64,000 nucleotides of DNA from contig CAMESG010000007.1 in NCBI GenBank assembly GCA_945936135.1, forward strand, positions 14,396 through 78,395, written 5' to 3'. Source of the DNA: an uncultured Mollicutes bacterium (GTDB lineage Bacteria; Bacillota_I; Bacilli_A; RFN20; CAG-826). The number at the start of each line of letters is the position of its first letter. Position 1 is the stretch's first letter. The notes beneath the pieces were generated by a model that saw only the letters and a list, made by a program, of their open reading frames with translations, did no database searches and was not told where the DNA came from. The position numbers and the translations under genes were made by a program. Positions 57,994 to 64,000 of the stretch are shown here, one piece after another.

Positions 57994-59595
57994 ATGAAAA
58001 GAACACGTTTACTTCGCAACATAATGTTGACCGCTTCGCTGGGGGTTCTTGCTTCGTGCAATATCTATGATGTTATCCGCTCCTCTTCGAGCGATTCTTC
58101 ACCTGGAAATTCCCAGGCAACTTCTTCCAAAAGTCACACTTCGACGGAAGGCGGGGAATTGGAACGCACCGACGTTCTTCCCTTCTCTTTGCGTGAAGTG
58201 AGCCTTTCGACGCGCGCTGACGTTTTGCCTTCGGAAGGTGATTTGGAATTGCTTTTGCTCCCGATCGAATTTACGGATTCACCCTTCACGCAACAAACGC
58301 TCAAGGACATCGAAATTGCTGTGAACGGAACTCCGGAAGAAACCAATTATTGGGAATCCGTCTCTTCCTTCTACGACAAGAGCTCGTTTGGTAAGAGCCA
58401 TCTTCACTACACCATCGCCGATGTTTATAGCACCGGCATGACCCAGCGTCAGGTTTACGAAGCTTCAAAAGATTCTTCTGGTGAAACGGACAATGCCGCG
58501 GGCGTGATCGGCGATGCCTATCAAGCCTATCTTAAGAAGAACGGCAACACATCCACCCAGAAATTTGACTCCGACAAGAACGGTTGGATCGATGGTGTCG
58601 TCGCGGTCTATAGCGGCCATAACTACACCCAAATGAGAAGCACCTACGATCAAGATGGGTTCTATTGGGCCTATACCTACTGGACGGTGGGCAGTTATGA
58701 CGAAGCCTGGACGCAACCAAACGTCAATTGCCCGACCCCGAACGTCTATATCTGGCTTTCCTATGACTTCTTCTATAACTCCAAAAGCAAAGGAGTCGAC
58801 GCTCACACGTTGATCCACGAAACGGGCCACATGTATGGCTTGGATGACTATTATTCCAACACGGGTGCCTGCTTGGCGGGAGGCCACGCGATGATGGATG
58901 AAAACGTCGTTGACCACGACGCTTATAGCAAGATGATGCTTGGTTGGACCAAACCCTACATCGCAGATCAAACCGGGACGATCAACATCACTCCGAGCCA
59001 AGAAGGCGGGGACTGCATTTTGATCCCGAGCGAGAACTGGAACGGGACCGCTTATGATGATTATCTCTTGTTAGAGCTTTACACCCCGACGGGATTGAAC
59101 TATCTCGATTCCCATACGGTATATGAGAATCATGACAAGAAGGCCTATTCGGTCGCAGGTATCAAACTTTATCACGTTGATTCCAGGCTTGTTGAAATTC
59201 GTCAAACCGCGACGAGCGAATCCTATTCCTACATGGCGAATCCTGATTCCGGCATGAAAGAAAACACCCGCACGGAAGCCTATGGCTATAGGGTTGCGGC
59301 GAGCAATTGCTATAAGAGCGATTGGAAGATGAGCGGCTATAGCACCGACTTCGCCTTGCTCCATATGATCGAAGCGGATGGAACCGCGGACTTCGTTTAC
59401 GGAAGAACCGGCGAGAACGACGACCTCTTTACCAAAGGCAGCTTCTCAATGAACAATTCGACCTTCCGCAAGTTCTTTAATAAGAGAGATTCCAAAGGAC
59501 ATGCCCTTTTGAACAGCGGCCTCACGGTTCCTTATTCGATCTTCTTCGATGAAGTCACCGACGAAGGTGCGACCATCTTGATCGAAGACATGTGA
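57994..59595 (+). CDS. Lipoprotein zinc metalloprotease (HExxH; possibly M6/InhA-like)
   Basis: LTASLGVLAS|C lipobox and LIHETGHMYGLDDYY zincin motif. The family assignment is tentative. Confidence 0.65.
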   Translation: MKRTRLLRNIMLTASLGVLASCNIYDVIRSSSSDSSPGNSQATSSKSHTSTEGGELERTDVLPFSLREVSLSTRADVLPSEGDLELLLLPIEFTDSPFTQQTLKDIEIAVNGTPEETNYWESVSSFYDKSSFGKSHLHYTIADVYSTGMTQRQVYEASKDSSGETDNAAGVIGDAYQAYLKKNGNTSTQKFDSDKNGWIDGVVAVYSGHNYTQMRSTYDQDGFYWAYTYWTVGSYDEAWTQPNVNCPTPNVYIWLSYDFFYNSKSKGVDAHTLIHETGHMYGLDDYYSNTGACLAGGHAMMDENVVDHDAYSKMMLGWTKPYIADQTGTINITPSQEGGDCILIPSENWNGTAYDDYLLLELYTPTGLNYLDSHTVYENHDKKAYSVAGIKLYHVDSRLVEIRQTATSESYSYMANPDSGMKENTRTEAYGYRVAASNCYKSDWKMSGYSTDFALLHMIEADGTADFVYGRTGENDDLFTKGSFSMNNSTFRKFFNKRDSKGHALLNSGLTVPYSIFFDEVTDEGATILIEDM

Positions 59596-59600
59596 TGCGA

Positions 59601-59636
59601 AAGCGGCGGGGGATTCCGTCCTACGCCGCTTTTTTC
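59601..59636 (+). terminator. Rho-independent terminator after the metalloprotease gene
   Basis: AAGCGGCG-15 nt-CGCCGCTT stem followed by TTTTT. Confidence 0.7.
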
Positions 59637-59690
59637 GTGCCGTTTCCTTTAAGGAAAGATTGAGGGTATAATCTCTCACGGAGTTCACCC

Positions 59691-60167
59691 ATGAGCAAGA
59701 AGAGCGGAAACGATGTATTGCTGGAGAATCGGAAAGCTCGATTCCTCTATTTTCTTAGCGACTTCATGGTGGCGGGAATGGTTCTTACGGGAACGGAAAT
59801 TAAATCATTACGCGCGAGAAATGCGTCGTTATCAGATTCATATGTCTATCTAAAAAACGGAGAAGCGTTTGTCGCGAACATGCATATCTCCGCCTATAAG
59901 GACGGGACAATCTACAACGTGGATCCTTTGAGGGACCGCAAGTTGCTGCTCAATAAAAGCGAGCTGAGAAAACTTGAACGCGAACTTTTGGGTACCGGAA
60001 TGACGATCGTCCCGACCAAGGTGTTCCTTGATCGCGGCTACGCCAAGATGGAAATCGCCTTGGCGAAAGGCAAGAAAGCCCATGATAAACGCGATGCGAT
60101 CAAAGAGCGCGAAGCCAAGGTTTCTATGGGCAAGGCGATGCGCGAAGGAAGGAAGATGGAAGAATGA
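59691..60167 (+). CDS. smpB: SsrA-binding protein
   Basis: NRKARFLYFL, GTEIKSLR, KLLLNK. TATAAT at 59667-59672 and a GGAG SD. Confidence 0.95.
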   Translation: MSKKSGNDVLLENRKARFLYFLSDFMVAGMVLTGTEIKSLRARNASLSDSYVYLKNGEAFVANMHISAYKDGTIYNVDPLRDRKLLLNKSELRKLERELLGTGMTIVPTKVFLDRGYAKMEIALAKGKKAHDKRDAIKEREAKVSMGKAMREGRKMEE

Positions 60168-61381
60168 CGAATCTAGTGGAAGCGACTTCATACATCCGTT
60201 CACGTTATCGCGAGATTCGAAGCGATCGCTATGACGCCTTTGTCCGCAAATCAAAGCTTGGGCTAAGGGCGCCTGTGATCCATGTCGCAGGAAGCAACGG
60301 CAAAGGATCGACCTGCTTTTATCTAACGGAGATTGCCACCAAGAAATATGGCGACTCTGTCGGCACCCTTTATAATTCGTTCTTTGATCTAGCGAACGAA
60401 GCGATTTGCCTTGGCGGGAAACCGATCAAGGAAGAGAAATTCCTTTCTTGGTTCAACAAGGGCTTGCCTTTGTTTGAAAAATTTGAAGTCACTGGTTTTG
60501 AGATTCTTGTTTACATTGCGTATAACGCCTTTGAGGAAGCAGGCGTTTCTTTGGCGATCCTTGAATGCGGCATGGGCGGAAGCGATGACCCGACGAATAT
60601 CGATGGGCTGGATACCCGACTCGCCTTGGTGACGAACGTATCCCTTGAACATACGGAATACCTTGGAACGACCCCAAGCGAAATCGCCTGGAACATCTCG
60701 GGTATCATCAAAAAGGGCGTGCCTGTGATCATCGGCGCGATGGACGAGAATAGCCTCGATGCGTTGCGCGAAGTCGCGGCGAGGGAAAAGACCTCGTTGA
60801 CACGCGTTGAACGTCCTTATTTGCCCCATGTTATCCAAGGGATTGCCTTCCAATTTGATTATTCTCCTTATAAAGGAATCGTTCTTCCTACGCTTGCCCA
60901 TTATCAGGTAGCGAATGCCTGCATGGCGTTGGAAGCGACAAAGAACTGCCCCTTGCTTGCCTTGGATGAAGAAGACATCCGTTCTGCGTTAAGCGAAGGA
61001 ACGATCCCCGGGCGATTGGAAAAGAAAGGCAATGTCTATTTGGACTGCGCCTCGAACCCTGCGGCGATTGAATCCCTTTATCGATGCATCCAGACGATCG
61101 GAAGAGGTCGTCCCGTCCATGTGCTATTTGGTTCCAAAACCAGTTCGAACCTTTCGGTGATGTTGCCGCTGCTTGATGATGCCGCATCAAATGTTGTGCT
61201 GACGAGCTTCCAAGATGAAGAGGCGAGAGGCGAAGAAGGCTACGCTCTTTACATCGAAGATCACCTCTATATCGAGAATCCTTTGATGGCTTTGATGCAC
61301 CTTCAGATGACCTATCCAAACGATCCTATTTTGATCACAGGTTCTGCGACCTTGATCGCGGAGATGAAGAAAGCGTTATGA
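60164..61381 (+). CDS. folC: Folylpolyglutamate synthase / dihydrofolate synthase family (Mur ligase fold)
   Basis: IHVAGSNGKGST P-loop, and ATGA overlap with the smpB stop. Confidence 0.8.
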   Translation: MTNLVEATSYIRSRYREIRSDRYDAFVRKSKLGLRAPVIHVAGSNGKGSTCFYLTEIATKKYGDSVGTLYNSFFDLANEAICLGGKPIKEEKFLSWFNKGLPLFEKFEVTGFEILVYIAYNAFEEAGVSLAILECGMGGSDDPTNIDGLDTRLALVTNVSLEHTEYLGTTPSEIAWNISGIIKKGVPVIIGAMDENSLDALREVAAREKTSLTRVERPYLPHVIQGIAFQFDYSPYKGIVLPTLAHYQVANACMALEATKNCPLLALDEEDIRSALSEGTIPGRLEKKGNVYLDCASNPAAIESLYRCIQTIGRGRPVHVLFGSKTSSNLSVMLPLLDDAASNVVLTSFQDEEARGEEGYALYIEDHLYIENPLMALMHLQMTYPNDPILITGSATLIAEMKKAL

Positions 61382-61542
61382 AAAAGAAAGAAGAATCCTT
61401 GGAGATTGATGAATCCCAATTGACGGAAGGGCAAAAAGCCGAGATGCAGAAGGGCACTTTCCCATGGGGAATCTTGATTTTCATCGGTGTCCTTCTCGCG
61501 CTTATTGGCATCTGCTTGATTGTCGTTTTTGCCCTCTCTTAA
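61378..61542 (+). CDS. 54-aa tail-anchored small membrane protein (below the ORF-track cut-off)
   Basis: My own translation is MKKKEESLEIDESQLTEGQKAEMQKGTFPWGILIFIGVLLALIGICLIVVFALS. It has an ATGA overlap with the folC stop. Confidence 0.45.
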   Translation: MKKKEESLEIDESQLTEGQKAEMQKGTFPWGILIFIGVLLALIGICLIVVFALS

Positions 61543-61607
61543 AAAATATTTCTACGTCCCTTTCTTTGATATTTTTAGAATGTGTGACAGTGTCCAAAAA
61601 GGGCACC

Positions 61608-61635
61608 TTGAAGGACTTTGTCTCGGCCTTAGAAT
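61608..61635 (+). promoter_or_regulatory. Candidate promoter (TTGAAG-16-TAGAAT) for the 47-aa ORF
   Basis: TTGAAG at 61608-61613 and TAGAAT at 61630-61635. Confidence 0.5.
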
Positions 61636-61661
61636 ATAGAGGTTTTCAGGGGAGCTTCCAT

Positions 61662-61805
61662 ATGGATCACGACGATAAGAAAATGAGCAAAAGCGATTAC
61701 GATGCCTATCTCTCCTTCGCCCTTTCTTCCTCACGTGACGCTTCGATGGCCGAAGCTTATGAGCAAGGCTATTACGCCTTCGAAGAAACCAAGAAAAATT
61801 CCTGA
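61662..61805 (+). CDS. 47-aa acidic small protein
   Basis: GGGGAG SD 7 nt before ATG 61662, a promoter upstream and a strong terminator downstream. Sequence MDHDDKKMSKSDYDAYLSFALSSSRDASMAEAYEQGYYAFEETKKNS. Confidence 0.5.
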   Translation: MDHDDKKMSKSDYDAYLSFALSSSRDASMAEAYEQGYYAFEETKKNS

Positions 61806-61821
61806 TTGCCTCAATCTGAAT

Positions 61822-61853
61822 AGCCTGGGTTTCAACGCCCAGGCTTTTGTTTT
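61822..61853 (+). terminator. Rho-independent terminator
   Basis: AGCCTGGG-tttcaacg-CCCAGGCT stem followed by TTTTGTTTT. Confidence 0.8.
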
Positions 61854-61931
61854 GCGCGGTTTTTGCATTCAAACCTATGATAACGCCTATTTCTTTCTTC
61901 GCGTTAAAGGGTTGCCTTCTTGGGCGCTTGA

Positions 61932-61960
61932 TTGAACTTGGCGTCTCGCGCGTGTATCAT
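61932..61960 (+). promoter_or_regulatory. Candidate promoter of comEB (TTGAAC-17-TATCAT)
   Basis: TTGAAC at 61932-61937 and TATCAT at 61955-61960. An AGGAG SD precedes ATG 61983. Confidence 0.55.
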
Positions 61961-61982
61961 AAGCGCGCTATAGGAGAATGGT

Positions 61983-62465
61983 ATGGAAAAGCCTAGAAAC
62001 GACAATTTGAAATGGGACGAATACTTTATGGGCTTGGCGAAGCTTAGCGCCCTCCGTTCCAAAGATCCTTCGACCCAAGTTGGGGCCTGCATCGTCGATG
62101 CCGACCACAAAGTTGTTTCCATCGGCTATAACGGCATGCCTCGCGGCGTGGACGATGAAGTGATCCCTTGGGGTCATGGCGAGGGTTTGGAATCCAAATA
62201 CCTCTATGTTTGTCACGCGGAATTCAACGCGATTTTGAATACCCGCAACGGCAGTGCCCTTCAAGGCTGCTCGATCTACGTCACCTTGTTCCCCTGCAAT
62301 GAATGTGCGAAAGCGATCGTTCAAACCGGAATCAAAGAAGTCGTGTTCGAAGACGATAAATACCATGATTCCCTTGAGTTCCAAGCATCCAGAAGGATCT
62401 TTGAGCTTTCGGGCGTGAAATGCCGTCGTTACGTTGGCCGTTCCGTGGAGATTGAAGTGAAGTGA
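61983..62465 (+). CDS. comEB: dCMP deaminase (ComEB-type)
   Basis: HAEFNAI and PCNECAKAI zinc-binding motifs. Confidence 0.92.
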   Translation: MEKPRNDNLKWDEYFMGLAKLSALRSKDPSTQVGACIVDADHKVVSIGYNGMPRGVDDEVIPWGHGEGLESKYLYVCHAEFNAILNTRNGSALQGCSIYVTLFPCNECAKAIVQTGIKEVVFEDDKYHDSLEFQASRRIFELSGVKCRRYVGRSVEIEVK

Positions 62466-62734
62466 AGTACTCTCCGTTTTACCGCATCCTCGTTGTTTTG
62501 TTCGTGTATGCCCTCATTGGCATCATGGTCTTTTTGCCGTTTGCGAACGATCCTAACATCAATTGGGTGTTTTTCTTCATCGTCCTCGGCGTTTATCTTG
62601 CCGCGTTGATTGGAACGATCGTGTTCATGGAAATCGGCTGGGCGAGGAAATACAAAAAAGAAGACGCTTTGAAAGAACAAGAAAATGTCATTGAAGCCGA
62701 AGTCGAAAAAGAAGAGGAGAAAAAGGATGCCTGA
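62462..62734 (+). CDS. Small two-TM membrane protein with an acidic tail
   Basis: The GTG start overlaps the comEB stop (GTGA). It has two TM helices, and its end overlaps the ecfA1 start. Confidence 0.4.
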   Translation: MKYSPFYRILVVLFVYALIGIMVFLPFANDPNINWVFFFIVLGVYLAALIGTIVFMEIGWARKYKKEDALKEQENVIEAEVEKEEEKKDA

Positions 62735-63551
62735 GGCAATTCTTGAAGTCAAAGACCTCCATTTCTCTTATGAAGCGGGGAAAGAAACCCTGAAAGGGAT
62801 TTCCTTTTCCGTCCCTAAAGGAAGCTATGCTTGTGTCATCGGGCATAACGGATCCGGGAAATCGACCCTCGCGAAATGCATCATGGGGTTGAACTCAACC
62901 TTCAAAGGCGACGTTTTGCTCTTCGGGGAAAAACTTTCTCCCTCAAGTGTCTACCGCCTCCGTTCGAGAATCGGCATCGTCTTCCAAAACCCCGACAACC
63001 AATTCGTTGGTTCGACCGTCGCGGACGATATCGCGTTTGGTTTAGAGAACACACAGGTTCCAACGGAACAGATGGAGGAGATCATCCATTCCTTCGCAAA
63101 ACAAGTCGGGATGGAAGATTTCTTGGAGCATGAGCCTCAGATGCTTAGCGGAGGCCAGAAACAACGCGTCGCGATCTCGGGCGTTTTGGCGATGAAGCCA
63201 TCGCTTATCATCTTTGATGAAGCAACCGCGATGCTTGATCCGAAAGGGAAAAAAGAAATCTACGCCCTTGTCGAGCGCATGCGCCAAGAAAATCCAGACC
63301 TAACCTTGCTTTCCATCACCCATGATGTTGAAGAAGCCGCGAATGCGGATCAAGTGATCGTCATCAACGATGGCAATATCGTCTATAGTGGAACCCCGAA
63401 AGAAGTCTTCTCCCACGAGAAGGAATTGAAGGAGATCTCTTTGCATGTCCCCTTCTTCTTTGCGCTCAAACGGCGTTTGGAAGATCGTGGGTTAGAAATC
63501 CCCGAAGACGTTGATTCTTTGCCCTTATTGGAGGATTACCTATGCCGATAA
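62727..63551 (+). CDS. ecfA1: ECF transporter ATPase EcfA1
   Basis: GHNGSGKST Walker A, LSGGQKQRVA signature and IIFDEATAMLD Walker B. A GGAG lies 8 nt before ATG 62727. Confidence 0.9.
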   Translation: MPEAILEVKDLHFSYEAGKETLKGISFSVPKGSYACVIGHNGSGKSTLAKCIMGLNSTFKGDVLLFGEKLSPSSVYRLRSRIGIVFQNPDNQFVGSTVADDIAFGLENTQVPTEQMEEIIHSFAKQVGMEDFLEHEPQMLSGGQKQRVAISGVLAMKPSLIIFDEATAMLDPKGKKEIYALVERMRQENPDLTLLSITHDVEEAANADQVIVINDGNIVYSGTPKEVFSHEKELKEISLHVPFFFALKRRLEDRGLEIPEDVDSLPLLEDYLCR

Positions 63552-64000
63552 TCTTCCGCGATGTTTCCTTTTCTTATAACGTCAAATCTCCTTTGGAGCA
63601 TTTGGCGCTTTCCCATTTGAATTTCGAGATTCCAACCGGCTCTTTCCTTGCGATCGTCGGTCGTACGGGCTGTGGCAAATCCACGATGGTTCAGCAGATC
63701 AATGCCTTGCTTCACCCGACGCAAGGTGAAGTGGACGTCGATGGATTCATCAATTCTTCCGACAGGAAAAAGAGGACGAAGAACGTCAAAGACCTCCGCC
63801 GGCGCGTTGGTTTGGTGTTCCAGTTCCCGGAGTATCAATTGTTCGAAGAAACCGTTTTGAAAGACGTTGCTTTTGGCCCGAAGAACTTCGGAATGAAGAA
63901 AGAAGAGGCCGAACAAGCGGCGAAAGAAGCGCTTGCCAAGGTTGGCTTGGACGAATCTTTCTACGAGCGTTCCCCCTTTGAACTTTCCGGCGGCGAGAAA
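63542..64000 (+). CDS. ecfA2: ECF transporter ATPase EcfA2, 5' fragment running off the 3' edge
   Basis: My own translation from ATG 63542 is MPIIFRDVSFSYN...GRTGCGKST...ELSGGEK. The frame stays open to the window end. It is absent from the ORF track because no stop is reached. Confidence 0.9.
   Translation, partial: MPIIFRDVSFSYNVKSPLEHLALSHLNFEIPTGSFLAIVGRTGCGKSTMVQQINALLHPTQGEVDVDGFINSSDRKKRTKNVKDLRRRVGLVFQFPEYQLFEETVLKDVAFGPKNFGMKKEEAEQAAKEALAKVGLDESFYERSPFELSGGEK

Noticed and set aside
59596-61400. I looked for tmRNA (ssrA) next to smpB.
   Set aside because: smpB is followed immediately by folC with an ATGA overlap. There is no tRNA-Ala-like end or tag reading frame in the flanks.
61464-61805. 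The 113-aa ORF-track version of the small gene between folC and comEB.
   Set aside because: Its 5' part overlaps the 54-aa coupled ORF and runs through the predicted promoter. Only the last 47 codons have an SD and promoter context.
62447-62470. A (GAAGT)x3 micro-repeat at the comEB stop and the next gene's GTG start.
   Set aside because: It is short and explained by the coding sequence (EIEVK stop, overlapping GTG AAG). I have no evidence of slippage or a regulatory function.

Overview
This is a 64-kb chromosomal segment from a PolC-type bacterium, so Bacillota or a related small-genome lineage. GC is roughly 45-50% by eye. The standard genetic code applies, since TGA is used as a stop. Most of the window is housekeeping genes in classic Bacillota order:
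- (rbgA)-rnhB-dprA-topA-trmFO-xerC
- rpsB-tsf-pyrH-frr
- uppS-cdsA-dxr-rseP-polC
- three tRNAs plus a DarA-like PII protein
- dut and trpS
- ung, then a TPP riboswitch with thiT
- tsaE, tsaB::rimI, tsaD
- asnS
- pcrA-ligA-gatCAB-galE
- ugd, mtnN, gpmA
- a CDF transporter, a lipoprotein metalloprotease, smpB-folC, comEB, ecfA1-ecfA2

Three accessory-looking parts stand out:
1. A ~10-kb glycan locus (22.8-32.5 kb). It holds a GT-D-like protein, a Wzy-like membrane protein, a lipoprotein, a TupA-like ATP-grasp enzyme, a Wzx flippase and three GT4 glycosyltransferases. No priming transferase is visible.
2. A lower-GC single-gene island between tsaD and asnS.
3. A cluster of four uncharacterised membrane proteins, two of them with long P/Q/N/Y-rich low-complexity tails (41.2-43.9 kb).

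The most striking sequence-level pattern is that about a dozen first-in-operon genes lack a Shine-Dalgarno sequence and have a -10-like hexamer 6-9 nt upstream of the start codon. This suggests widespread leaderless transcription. I found no CRISPR array, IS element, prophage, rRNA or recognisable defence system. All functional calls rest on motif recognition from memory, not on database searches.
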